A DNA stretch of 64,000 nt from Patescibacteria group bacterium (GTDB lineage: Bacteria > Patescibacteriota > UBA1384 > CAJBMM01). The position numbers and the translations under genes are program-made. The DNA lies in NCBI GenBank assembly GCA_041660565.1, contig JBAZWC010000001.1, forward strand, positions 238,481 through 302,480, given 5' to 3'. Of the stretch, positions 11,201-20,160 are shown piece by piece. How positions within the stretch are numbered: position 1 is the first letter of the stretch; each line of letters starts with the position of its first letter. The notes beneath the pieces were generated by a model. It did not search any database. It saw nothing but the letters and a program-made list of their open reading frames with translations, and had not been told where the DNA came from.

Positions 11201-12234
11201 TGAATTAGGTCAGTTGAGGTGGCAAGACCAACCGCTCTGGTTCCAGAAATTGTACTATACCACATATAATAGAGCGAACCTACTTTCATAACCCCCCAAG
11301 GGTCTAAAGCGGCATCATCCCATTGCCCTGATGTTCCTGATAAAACAGGGTTTGAAGCATATTTAGTCCAACTTACTCCATCTGATGAAGTGGCCAAACC
11401 GATTTTGTTAGGAGTTCCGCCTCGGTACAACATATACCATACCGTATCTTCTTTCCATACCATTGGCACACCTACATTAGTAGTTTCCCATGCAACTGTC
11501 GGGCTTAATATGGGGTTGTGTTCCGAGTCCACTGTCCAACTCAACCCATCCGAAGAAGTGGCATGCAAAGCTGTATCCCAACTGTAATACATGTGGTATG
11601 TGTCGCCATCTTTAAAAACTGACGAAAACCCATCTTTACTAGTAGTGTTTAAAACAGGGTTACTGGCGTATTCACCCCAGAATGCGGAGTCTACTCCGTC
11701 TAAAGACCCGGTATTACGAGATTCAAAACCATCAAAGCCGCCAGCTTCAAACGTTTCTAATCCATCGCCTGCATCGCTAGCGTTAGCGTTACCATAATAC
11801 ATGTAAATTGTTTTTGTTGTAGAGGCGGGGATACTTGGAACTTTAGACCAGATGATTGCAGTTTCTCCGACTGAATCATAATAATCAATCCAATAATCGA
11901 TTAGTGATACGGCGTCGGCATCGGAAAATCGGATATCCGAGCCATCAGAATTCGCTTTTGTGAAATCAAAGTTTGTATCATTTAGAGTAACTTTAACTTG
12001 ATAGTTCGATAAGACATTAGCATTCCCAGAATTATCAACTGTAATTTCTTTGCGATATTGCCAATCGCTATCATACCATGAAGCTGCTTGAACCTGTTTT
12101 TCCGGGATACTAAAACTGCTAAAAATGAATGAACCGGCGCAAAAAAGTATCACAGCCGTTCTGATGAAATGTGAGTGACTATATTTATAGTGGCTAATTA
12201 GTCTGCCGAATTTTTCAAAGTAAGCATTGCCCAT
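8203..12234 (-). CDS. Large surface protein: DUF2341-like, glycosidase-like beta-propeller, FN3-like repeats, PKD and C-terminal TM
   Basis: W..RK.I..N...DGSDIRF.D (DUF2341-like); repeated GLATSxDGxxWTK..NPV blades; WNFGDG (PKD); ATG at 12234 preceded by GAGGGA. Confidence 0.8.
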   Translation of the reverse strand: MGNAYFEKFGRLISHYKYSHSHFIRTAVILFCAGSFIFSSFSIPEKQVQAASWYDSDWQYRKEITVDNSGNANVLSNYQVKVTLNDTNFDFTKANSDGSDIRFSDADAVSLIDYWIDYYDSVGETAIIWSKVPSIPASTTKTIYMYYGNANASDAGDGLETFEAGGFDGFESRNTGSLDGVDSAFWGEYASNPVLNTTSKDGFSSVFKDGDTYHMYYSWDTALHATSSDGLSWTVDSEHNPILSPTVAWETTNVGVPMVWKEDTVWYMLYRGGTPNKIGLATSSDGVSWTKYASNPVLSGTSGQWDDAALDPWGVMKVGSLYYMWYSTISGTRAVGLATSTDLIHWTKDANNPIFTGGRFCIFPFKYGDYYYMLVPHYTVSSDKAQIELYRDTSPTFYPASREFIRNAINFGAAAAWNDSDQDTPVVLTDDIYRNSFNLTNNQIWTYFAGSPNGTDTWYTGLTIETDFVSALSRVAPFWTGAGSGGTVTVVDTPIRHGSRSIRQSDTSAIAGTQFYTSSFVPKTTGVIGAWMRRSNTTGGGFDAYLYSGDTIGAVAGLGATYFHYWDGSFHNTAVTYTADTWYLVTLEFNTDLDKYNFVVYDTNYNEIVRQDDISRAVGAINKITFTTDSAVQTSGYLDDFRLRQYSLPEPSTSVGAEVALTPPTVTAQAADNITATSASLHGTIEDVGTQNATVRGFKYYQSSDCTGAINDLSQNGDYGTGAFSLSQSSLSVNTQYSYKPYATNISGSAYGACVAFYTLANVPSAPTVNTPAATSLKITVNQNSNPAGTTYAIYETSTTQYIQANGSLGASAVWQDYTTWGGASGVTNTGLSPNVQYTFEVKAKNSNDTETSFSTTASKYTLANVPSAPTVTLTSATSLTAIINQNSNPAGTTYAIYETSTTQYIQANGTLGASAVWQDYTTWGGALGIVNTGLSANTQYILEVKARNADSTETAYSTTAAKYTSASNPGSATATAQSASSIQVDWTSGGAQSKFNVYRNGLSGSGTLVHSANDLTYSDTGLSASTDYTYYVYSVNGDNVENSNYVSATAATQATPSSDSPTPEPSSTPTPSTATSTPTATPTSTPTSSSSSSSASTTTSSPSPSSSTSTTSSTRPDTTSPIAALGILQDPLTLVTSKSVTFDASSSTDNILITLLEWNFGDGSTSNLSKVNHVYKNPGRYTVTLTVYDKAGNKSKSTQIIDIRPSAPSITDITAKNDSLLIDGTSDPNTIVFLTIHSDPYTTQVLADDEGNWSCRLANASEILGQGSHTVLAHASIKLASNLELEGDESKTYDFNMSVDNGNIEIEKQKTRIWQYVSFGFIALVFVLGFIIYSNRRKKVRR

Positions 12235-12332
12235 TACTGTCCCTCGCTTAATACCAGATACAAACAAATCGTATCGCTCGTTAACAAGCCATTATAATTA
12301 GTTTAATGCTCTTCATTATCAATGTCAAAAAT

Positions 12333-12385
12333 TTACTTCTTGGATACCTTTTGCAGGTGTAGGTCTTTGAGTAGTTCGGGAGATA
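12333..12385 (-). pseudogene. Displaced second copy of the aspS 3' end (SPELLKDLHLQKVSKK*)
   Basis: 12361-12385 is identical to 13396-13420; the following codons are mostly synonymous variants up to a TAA at the same position. Confidence 0.9.
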
Positions 12386-12420
12386 TTGATATCATCATCC
12401 AATTGCCTGTTCCAAAGTAA

Positions 12421-13335
12421 TTATAACCCGAGTCCTGAGCGACCTTGGTTTAACCAATATTCATTTTCTGCGCTAGCGTTTCCGTAAATATCTCGCTCTC
12501 TCACCGCTCCAATAATATGCATGGCATGTGCTAAATCCACAAAAAGCGGGAATAGTTCCTTTTCGCGGTCGGTTAAAGGATTGTGCCGTCCATATTCCTC
12601 TAAAATATAAGCATGATCGTAGTCCGCGAGTAAATTACAGGCTATCACCGCTAGTTCGAGTAATCTTGGGTAGTAATTTGCGCAAGCAAAATCGATAACA
12701 TAAATACCCCCAGTGCTGTTTCTAATCACGTTCGTTGTTATTATGTCCCCATGAACGAAACAATGAGGAAGTGTCTCTGATTTAATCTCTATAAATATTT
12801 TGACCAGTGGCTCGATTTTTGATTTTTCCGCGGTAGAAAGATAATTTTTTACAATCTGATATTGATCAGCGGCGTTAACAATCGCCCATTCATCATAAAC
12901 ATAGGTAGGCTTAAAGTTAGTTCCATTTATTTTGGCTGCTTCGCTCAGAATAACTTTTGCTTCACTTTTCGTAGGTTTTTGCTTTAGCTCGTAAAAAGTT
13001 TTTCCGTCAACAAATTCAAAAACTGATAAATTTCTGCCATCAATGATATTCAGACTAGGCGGATACATCTTTGGCGTTTTTATATCAGCTGTGCACGCCT
13101 TTTGGATAATCTCTACGTATCGACGGCATTCATTAATGTCTCGATATAATCCGAATATCTTGACGAAATAAGTGCCAATGGTCGTCTCGAGAATGTAGTT
13201 GTCATCCTCGTAGCCAATTTCGACCTTTGAGAATCTTGTTAATTTTCCAAAATGATAATCTTGTACGACATGCTCGAAAAAGCCTACCTTATCTCCGCTA
13301 AGACATTTTTTATCACGATAATTTAATTCTCTCAT
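12421..13335 (-). CDS. Phosphotransferase (APH / homoserine kinase type II family)
   Basis: HGDI...N and IDF kinase motifs; N-terminal G.ED.NY. Confidence 0.85.
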   Translation of the reverse strand: MRELNYRDKKCLSGDKVGFFEHVVQDYHFGKLTRFSKVEIGYEDDNYILETTIGTYFVKIFGLYRDINECRRYVEIIQKACTADIKTPKMYPPSLNIIDGRNLSVFEFVDGKTFYELKQKPTKSEAKVILSEAAKINGTNFKPTYVYDEWAIVNAADQYQIVKNYLSTAEKSKIEPLVKIFIEIKSETLPHCFVHGDIITTNVIRNSTGGIYVIDFACANYYPRLLELAVIACNLLADYDHAYILEEYGRHNPLTDREKELFPLFVDLAHAMHIIGAVRERDIYGNASAENEYWLNQGRSGLGL

Positions 13336-13367
13336 CGTCTAACTATGCCTGCCAATTTTTGAGGTAA

Positions 13368-14792
13368 TTATTTTTTCTCTATTTTTTGCAAATGGAGGTC
13401 TTTGAGTAGTTCGGGAGATAGTTCTGCGGGGGCGTTCATCATCAGATCTCGCCCATCACCGGTTTTTGGAAACGCAATTACTTCTCTAATACTTAAACCG
13501 GTAATTGCCATAATTAAACGATCAATCCCAGGCGCCATGCCGCCATGAGGCGGGCATCCATATGAAAACGCCTCTAGCATGTGACCAAAACGTTCTTTTA
13601 TTTGAGTGTCGGACAACTCTAAAGCTTTGAATATCGCCTCTTGCTGATCAGCGCGATGGATACGAATTGATCCTGACCCTAACTCTAATCCGTTGGCCAC
13701 TAAGTCGTAGGAATTCGCTTTGATTTTAAGCAACTTTTGAATATCAACTTTCTCACCCTTGCGTACTTTTTCCATTAACTCATCGTTTTCTGGGGTTGGC
13801 TGCCAGCTGGTGAATGGATGATGAGCCGAGGTAAGTTTGCCTTCTTTGGTAAGCTCAAACAACGGGAAATCTACCACAAATGCCAACGCCACCTCGTCCC
13901 AGTTAGATTTGTCTTGGCGTAGGTCTGGTTTATCGGAATGGTACTTAGTCATCGCCTCATCGTAAGACAAGCGTTTGAAGGGTTTGAACGTCAATTTTTT
14001 CTCCGGGCAAACTGATTCAAGAGTTGTAGTATAGAGTTCTTCGATCATTTGCAGAATTTCTTCTTGATCTACAAAGCTCATTTCAATATCCAATTGAGTA
14101 AATTCCGGTTGTCGGTCTTCTCGCGGATCTTCATCTCGCATGCATTTTGGAAACTGAAAATACTTTTCAAATCCAGCCACCATTAGCAGCTGCTTGAACT
14201 GTTGTGGAGATTGTGGGAGCGCGTAACCTTTACCCGGGTGCACACGTGACGGCACAATGTATTCGCGCGCGCCTTCGGGCGTGTCTTTGGTTAAGAACGG
14301 GGTTTCTACTTCAATAAATCCGCGCTCGGTTAACCAGTTTCGCATATTTAGCATCAGTTGCTGACGTAATTGCATCCGTTTTAGCATGCTGGGGCGGCGC
14401 AAATCGAGATAGCGGTAACGTAAGCGTACTTCCTCATCAATTTTAATATTGTCATCAATTTCAAACGGCGGGGTTTGTGATGAGTTTAGAACCGTAATTT
14501 CGGCGCTTTGCATTTCTACGGTTCCGGTTGGTAATTGTGGATTAGCCATTTTATCACCGCGTTTAACAATTTCTCCGGTAATTTGCAACACCCATTCGCG
14601 CCCAACGTTCTGTGATTGCAGTTTTTCGACTAATTTAGGCTCGGCTACCACCACTTGTAATAAACCGGTTCTGTCACGCATATCTAAAAAGATAATTCGC
14701 CCGTGATCGCGGCGGGTTTGCACCCATCCGGACACAGTAACGGTTTTTCCAACGTGGCTAACGGTGTCTAGGTTATAAATTCGGTCTTTCAT
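13368..14792 (-). CDS. aspS: Aspartyl-tRNA synthetase (short form without the GAD insert)
   Basis: OB-fold, RLRYRYLDLRR, LPQSPQ, RDED..DRQPEFTQLD and PPHGGMAPGIDR. Confidence 0.95.
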   Translation of the reverse strand: MKDRIYNLDTVSHVGKTVTVSGWVQTRRDHGRIIFLDMRDRTGLLQVVVAEPKLVEKLQSQNVGREWVLQITGEIVKRGDKMANPQLPTGTVEMQSAEITVLNSSQTPPFEIDDNIKIDEEVRLRYRYLDLRRPSMLKRMQLRQQLMLNMRNWLTERGFIEVETPFLTKDTPEGAREYIVPSRVHPGKGYALPQSPQQFKQLLMVAGFEKYFQFPKCMRDEDPREDRQPEFTQLDIEMSFVDQEEILQMIEELYTTTLESVCPEKKLTFKPFKRLSYDEAMTKYHSDKPDLRQDKSNWDEVALAFVVDFPLFELTKEGKLTSAHHPFTSWQPTPENDELMEKVRKGEKVDIQKLLKIKANSYDLVANGLELGSGSIRIHRADQQEAIFKALELSDTQIKERFGHMLEAFSYGCPPHGGMAPGIDRLIMAITGLSIREVIAFPKTGDGRDLMMNAPAELSPELLKDLHLQKIEKK

Positions 14793-14795
14793 TTC

Positions 14796-17066
14796 TTACC
14801 TTTGTGTAATTTGATATTTTTCTATTAATTTTGATTCAATTTTGGCCATTTCGGTATTTACCTGATCCTCGATCAATGTTTTTTCCGGATCTTGGAATAA
14901 TAAGTGAAATGATAGTGACTGTTCGCCTGATTTCGATTTATCCACATAACGATCAAATAGAATAATCGGCAGGAGTAATGGTGTTTGATTTTGAATAAAG
15001 CGAGATATTTCACCGATGGCGTAGCGCGTGTTTACGGTAAACGATAAGTCTCGTTTTACCACCGGAGTTTTGGCGTATGGTTGGCAAGATATGTTATTCG
15101 GAATTAGTGAGACGATTTTTTCAAAATTCAGTTCGAATCCGTATAGCGTAACGGTAGATTGACGGGTTTTTATGTGACCAATTTTAGTGTCGCGATACAA
15201 AATCGTGGCAGAGTCTGGCGTAGCTTGCTCAAACTTGATCTCGGTGATATTCAAATGTAGCTGGTGCAGTAAAACAGCCAAGAACTGTTTAAGATCTGCC
15301 TCACTGGTTTGGAATACGGCGCTAAGATACAACGGCTGTTGTGGTAATTTTTCCGCCGTCTTGGTGGAGTGGTACACCGTGCCAAATTCAAAAATATTAA
15401 AGTTGGTGTGGCCATTCTTATATTGATAACCGGCCAAATCAAACAGTTGCGGCAGTAATGATGTACGCAGGAACTTTAGATCACCAATTGGGTTTTGAAT
15501 TTCAACCGACAATTCATCCTTCTTCGCAACCATTACCGCGGTTTCCACCTCATTAGCTATAATGATGGCGGCATTACGCATTTTATTAAGCGCGGCTTCT
15601 CTATCGTTTACTGATCTCGCTGTTTTAACCAGTGGCAGACTAATATCAATTTTGTTGTATCCGTATATTCGGGCGATGTCTTCGGTAACGTCGGCCAAAG
15701 CGTGAACATCGCTACGCCACCATGGCGGTGTAACAGATTTATTTGACATTTGATAATGAAGCAAAGATAGAATGTTGATCATTTCATTTTCAGATAAGTT
15801 GGTGCCGAGTATTTGATTTACTTGTTTAGCGTCAAACGGGATTGTGATCAACTTTGAGTCGGTATCCCCCACTATCTGACAAAATGATACTTTACCATCG
15901 GACTCTTTTAATATTAATTCTAGTACCGAGTTAAATCCGTTTATGACCGTAGATTTAGTTAGCCCGCGTTCAAACCTGGCACTGGCATCGGTGCGCAAAC
16001 CCAAACGACGTGAGGTTTGTCTAACTGATACGGGCGAAAATTGGCCGGCGGTTAAAATGACCGAACTATCATCGTTTTCCGATTTTGTTTCTGAACCGCC
16101 AATGATACCGGCGATATCTAATGCTTGTTTGTTACTAGAAATTACCAAATCGCTGCTTGATAGTTGATAAGATTTTCCATTTAATACGGTAATCTTTTCA
16201 GAATCCTTGGCAAATTCAACGCTAATTTGGTTTTTGGTAATACATTTGGCTGAAAAAACGTGTGTTGGCATACCTTCTTTGAGCATAATGTAGTTGGTAA
16301 TGTCGGTAACCAAATTGATTGGATTTACGCCGTGATCGGTCAAAAACTGGGTGAGCCACGCTGGGGAGTGGTGTTTACGCATATTATCAATTTTAGCCAC
16401 GCAGAACGTGCTACAGTGGCTTGCAGAGGCCACAGAGACGTGAATATTCTCAGCATTTACTGTTTTTGGCGTATTTGGGATGATATATGGCGTTTTGAGC
16501 CCAAAACAGGCATCTAAATCGGCTTCTAAGCCGCGATATGATAGCAGTTCGGGGCGATGCCCGGTACCTTTATCATCGGTTTCAATAATCACTTGAGTTG
16601 GTATTATAGATTCAGCCGGCACGCCTAATTTTGTATCCTCTGGAAATATATGAATTCCTTTAACCTCAACATTTTCCAAACCCAGCTCGTCTGGCCCGCA
16701 CAACATCCCATTTGATAAGACGCCGCGGATGGTTGACGATTTAATTTGCATTACAGTTTCGCTGCCGTCAGTTAGCGATAACACTTCGGCGCCAACCAGG
16801 GCAACCGGAACAATTTGGCCAACCTGAACATTCGGTGCTCCGGTGACGATATCTAGCATTTCTCCACCCAGATCGATACTACAAATAACCAATCGGTCAG
16901 CATTGGGATGTTTTTGGATATCGCAAATTTTTCCGGTAACCACGCCTTTGGCTCGAATACCGCTAGACTGAACTCCCTCAACCTCTTGAATGTGATCACT
17001 AATAATTTCGGCAAGCTTGCTTGCTGAGGTGTTGTATTTGTCTAAATATTTATTGATGAATCTCAT
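14796..17066 (-). CDS. pheT: Phenylalanyl-tRNA synthetase beta subunit
   Basis: HPNADRL, RGVLSNGMLC, TDASARFERG, C-terminal RDLS FDX-ACB domain. Confidence 0.95.
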   Translation of the reverse strand: MRFINKYLDKYNTSASKLAEIISDHIQEVEGVQSSGIRAKGVVTGKICDIQKHPNADRLVICSIDLGGEMLDIVTGAPNVQVGQIVPVALVGAEVLSLTDGSETVMQIKSSTIRGVLSNGMLCGPDELGLENVEVKGIHIFPEDTKLGVPAESIIPTQVIIETDDKGTGHRPELLSYRGLEADLDACFGLKTPYIIPNTPKTVNAENIHVSVASASHCSTFCVAKIDNMRKHHSPAWLTQFLTDHGVNPINLVTDITNYIMLKEGMPTHVFSAKCITKNQISVEFAKDSEKITVLNGKSYQLSSSDLVISSNKQALDIAGIIGGSETKSENDDSSVILTAGQFSPVSVRQTSRRLGLRTDASARFERGLTKSTVINGFNSVLELILKESDGKVSFCQIVGDTDSKLITIPFDAKQVNQILGTNLSENEMINILSLLHYQMSNKSVTPPWWRSDVHALADVTEDIARIYGYNKIDISLPLVKTARSVNDREAALNKMRNAAIIIANEVETAVMVAKKDELSVEIQNPIGDLKFLRTSLLPQLFDLAGYQYKNGHTNFNIFEFGTVYHSTKTAEKLPQQPLYLSAVFQTSEADLKQFLAVLLHQLHLNITEIKFEQATPDSATILYRDTKIGHIKTRQSTVTLYGFELNFEKIVSLIPNNISCQPYAKTPVVKRDLSFTVNTRYAIGEISRFIQNQTPLLLPIILFDRYVDKSKSGEQSLSFHLLFQDPEKTLIEDQVNTEMAKIESKLIEKYQITQR

Positions 17067-17123
17067 TTTCCGCTTTCAAAATTGGATTGATTGGCACAAT
17101 TGGACTAATTGGAATCTTTTATA

Positions 17124-18113
17124 TTAATATAAACCTTGTTCTAAAAATCTGGGGTCGTTTTTGGTTAACTCACGAATGTCGGTAATGCCGTACTTTGCCA
17201 TGCAAAGTCGCTCTACACCCACCCCAAAGGCAATCCCACGGTAAATTTTCGGATCTAAACCACCATTGGCAATAATTTCGGGATGAGACATGCCACAGCC
17301 TAGAAGCTCCAACCAACCTTTGTTGCCGCAAGACTTACAACCCTTGCCCGCACAATGTTTGCAGGCGATGTCTATTTCGGCGCCCGGTTCAACAAATGGA
17401 AAATAGCCGGGTCGAAAACGAGTTTTAGTGTCTTCACCAAATAGTTTTTTAGTGGTGTGGAGAAGTACGCCACGTAAATCGGCAAAAGATAACTTATCCG
17501 TAACCGCAAAAATATCAAATTGGTGAAATGCGGACAGATGAGTAGAATCGTCTGCCTCGGCTCTAAACACCCTTCCGGCTTGCATCACCGCAAATGGCGG
17601 TTTTAGCTGAGCCAATACGCGTTTTTGAAAAGCGGTGGTTTGGGTACGCAAAACGTCTTTATCAACTGTCCAAAATGTGTCTTGCATATCACGTGCTGGA
17701 TGATCTTTGGGTACACGGAGAAAATCAAAGTTATCAAATTCTAGCTCAATATCGGGCGTTTTGAACTCGCTAAATCCTAGTTCACCAAAAATATCATACA
17801 AAGTATGAATCATCGCTTGCACCGGGTGCTGATGACCATGCGCATTAAGTTGCAGCGGAGATGTTAGATCAATCGAATTGGATTGTTTGTTTGAGTTAGT
17901 CAACAATGATTCAAGCTTAATTTTGGTTGCATTAGCAACGCTACCAATCTCTTTACGCAAATCACCCTGCAAAGACGGGATTTCTTTAACCAAAGCATTG
18001 TACAGCCCTTTTCGGCCAAGATACTTGGTGCTTAAAACATCAAATTCAGTACCAGATTTAATATCTGATTCACAGGTAATGATTAATTTTTCGAAGTCTT
18101 TAGTTGATATCAT
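17124..18113 (-). CDS. pheS: Phenylalanyl-tRNA synthetase alpha subunit
   Basis: HPARDMQDTF, YFPFVEP, GWLELLGCG and AFGVGVER. Confidence 0.96.
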   Translation of the reverse strand: MISTKDFEKLIITCESDIKSGTEFDVLSTKYLGRKGLYNALVKEIPSLQGDLRKEIGSVANATKIKLESLLTNSNKQSNSIDLTSPLQLNAHGHQHPVQAMIHTLYDIFGELGFSEFKTPDIELEFDNFDFLRVPKDHPARDMQDTFWTVDKDVLRTQTTAFQKRVLAQLKPPFAVMQAGRVFRAEADDSTHLSAFHQFDIFAVTDKLSFADLRGVLLHTTKKLFGEDTKTRFRPGYFPFVEPGAEIDIACKHCAGKGCKSCGNKGWLELLGCGMSHPEIIANGGLDPKIYRGIAFGVGVERLCMAKYGITDIRELTKNDPRFLEQGLY

Positions 18114-18114
18114 T

Positions 18115-18495
18115 TTACGCTCGTAATTTTAACGGAACTCTAACCCAGAAGAATAGCTCAAACAGAAACGCGGATGAAAAAATCATTAAACAATCAAGCA
18201 GCGAGAGTACTCGCAGAGATTGCATCACCAGAATAATACATGCTACTGCGGCAATAATTGCGCCTTGTCGCATGACCAAGAATATATGATTTGTGACTGT
18301 TTCAAGGCCAATGCTTTTAATTGAAAGCAGTCTGAAAAACGATGTGCTACTGAATATCAAACAAAAAATGGCTAAATAAAACAACCATTTTAGCTTTGTG
18401 CTAGCGGTATACGGATCAGAATTGGTGATGATAAGATAAACCACAAATGCCGAAAAAGCCAGCACAAGCAAAAGTAAGAATTTGATTCGTTTCAT
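18115..18495 (-). CDS. Four-TM hypothetical membrane protein
   Basis: Hydrophobic helices; TG-N-TATAGT lies 6 nt upstream of the ATG (leaderless). Confidence 0.7.
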   Translation of the reverse strand: MKRIKFLLLLVLAFSAFVVYLIITNSDPYTASTKLKWLFYLAIFCLIFSSTSFFRLLSIKSIGLETVTNHIFLVMRQGAIIAAVACIILVMQSLRVLSLLDCLMIFSSAFLFELFFWVRVPLKLRA

Positions 18496-18541
18496 ATCAT
18501 TACTATAGCACTATTGAGCAGATGAGGATAGGGCAATCCTG

Positions 18542-18895
18542 TTCTTGTTCGAGGATCTAGGCGTCCGAGAACTATATTTCGGTGTTATAATATATGTATG
18601 TATAAACAATGGCACTGGTATGTCTATATAATTAAATGTAGTGATGGACTATATTATACTGGTCTAACGTGGGATTTGCACAATCGATTTGAGCAACATA
18701 AATCAGGCAATGGCTGTCGATTTACTGCAAAACACGGCGCGGGAGAGCTGGTCTATGCCGAAATCATTGATGATTTAACTGCCGCGAGATTTCGAGAAAA
18801 ACAAATAAAAGATTACAGTAGGGCAAAAAAAGAAATTCTGATCAAGAATTTCAAAGGACTTTAACTAGGTAGTTCTCGCTACGCTCGAACAAGAA
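18542..18895. mobile_element. GIY-YIG gene flanked by inverted REP-like hairpins
   Basis: Left end TTCTTGTTCGAG..CGAGAACTA (18542-18574); right end TAGTTCTCG..CTCGAACAAGAA (18870-18895). Confidence 0.6.
18598..18864 (+). CDS. Stand-alone GIY-YIG nuclease (UPF0213-like)
   Basis: WYVYII...YYTG.T.DL..R..QH..G...FT...A..RE.QIK...R.KK. Confidence 0.9.
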   Translation: MYKQWHWYVYIIKCSDGLYYTGLTWDLHNRFEQHKSGNGCRFTAKHGAGELVYAEIIDDLTAARFREKQIKDYSRAKKEILIKNFKGL

Positions 18896-18903
18896 AAGTT
18901 GAA

Positions 18904-19227
18904 TTATCTCTTGTTCTCGTCGAGTAGCTCGGTTATATGAGAGGCATATTCGATGCCGGTATCAAGCAGTAGTTCAATTCTGGGAATATAGCGTAGTTTT
19001 AATCTTTTAGATAACTCATGGCGTAGTTCCGGTACCCGTTTTTGCATCGATTCCAAATTAGAGCCACGTTTATTGATAAAACTAACCCATACCTTAGCGT
19101 TGTTTAGCTCTGGGCTTATGTCTACTTTGGTAATAGAAAAAAAGTTATCCGCAAGATCGTCCATATAGAACTGACTGATCTCTTGCATGAACAATGAGTT
19201 AAGTTTGTCGATACGATTTGTTGACAT
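18904..19227 (-). CDS. rbfA: Ribosome-binding factor A
   Basis: ITKVDISPEL..AKVWVS and LRYIPRIEL..D. Confidence 0.85.
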   Translation of the reverse strand: MSTNRIDKLNSLFMQEISQFYMDDLADNFFSITKVDISPELNNAKVWVSFINKRGSNLESMQKRVPELRHELSKRLKLRYIPRIELLLDTGIEYASHITELLDENKR

Positions 19228-19236
19228 AATTCCTTT

Positions 19237-19310
19237 GTCATTCCGGGCTTGACCCGGAATCTATATACAAAGTCTTTTATAGACTGGATTCCCGCCTTCG
19301 CGGGAATGAC
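19237..19310. repeat. Inverted REP doublet (GTCATTCC family)
   Basis: GTCATTCCGGGCTTGACCCGGAATC at 19237-19261 and GGATTCCCGCCTTCGCGGGAATGAC at 19286-19310. Confidence 0.9.
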
Positions 19311-19330
19311 AGTGCTGATATTCGATATAT

Positions 19331-19738
19331 TTAACGTTTGGAGAACTGAGGACCACGACGGGCACCGTGTAAGCCGAATTTCTGACGCTCTTTTTCACGA
19401 GGATCACGAGTTAACAGGCCGAGTTTTTTCAATGTTGGTCTAAAAGTAATATCAAAATCAATTAATGATCGGGCTAAGCCATGGCGAATAGCGATGATCT
19501 GACCAATTTTTCCGCCACCAGATACGTGCGCAGAGATATCAACCTTATTAGTTAATCCTACTTGATCTAAAACATTAGATAATTCCGGATATAACTCAAC
19601 TGGTTTGTCGTTTACTAAGAAACGGCCGTTCCCGGTCATTAAACGTACTTGAGCAACCGCGGTTTTGCGTCTGCCGGTGCCGTAATTGTATTTTTCGTCA
19701 GTTGATTTTGTATCAACTTTTTCAATATTTTCGCTCAT
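19331..19738 (-). CDS. rpsI: 30S ribosomal protein S9
   Basis: GTGRRKTAVA...PQFSKR. Confidence 0.97.
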   Translation of the reverse strand: MSENIEKVDTKSTDEKYNYGTGRRKTAVAQVRLMTGNGRFLVNDKPVELYPELSNVLDQVGLTNKVDISAHVSGGGKIGQIIAIRHGLARSLIDFDITFRPTLKKLGLLTRDPREKERQKFGLHGARRGPQFSKR

Positions 19739-20160
19739 TTATTATCCTTAGCCTTTTCAACTTTTCCGAAGTTAGCGGCGTGTGGGTGATTACTATCTGC
19801 ATAGATGTGTAATCTTTTTAACCAAACATCTCGTTGCAGAGTTTTTGGTAACATGCCGTTCACGGCGTTGTAAATAATTTTACTTGGGTCTGTGTCTTTA
19901 AGTACTGAATAAGGCATGGTGCGCAAGCCGGTTGGCCAGCCGGTGTGATGGATATATGATTTAGTATTAGCTTTATTGCCGGTTACCACAATTTTAGCGG
20001 CATTTATGACCACTACCATATCACCAACATCGTTGTGGCGTCTAAAATCGACTTTATTTTTACCACGTAAATGACCAGCAATTTCGGTGGCTAATCTGCC
20101 TAAAACTTTACCTTCGGCATCAATTAAATACCATTTTCGTTCAATATCGGCGTTATTCAT
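19735..20160 (-). CDS. rplM: 50S ribosomal protein L13
   Basis: WYLIDA...LGRLA...GD.VVVINA. Confidence 0.97.
   Translation of the reverse strand: MNNADIERKWYLIDAEGKVLGRLATEIAGHLRGKNKVDFRRHNDVGDMVVVINAAKIVVTGNKANTKSYIHHTGWPTGLRTMPYSVLKDTDPSKIIYNAVNGMLPKTLQRDVWLKRLHIYADSNHPHAANFGKVEKAKDNK

Noticed and set aside
17067-17123. CAA TTT TGA (QF*) as a displaced pheS tail
   Set aside because: It is only two codons and is part of a 9-mer repeat, too short to support.
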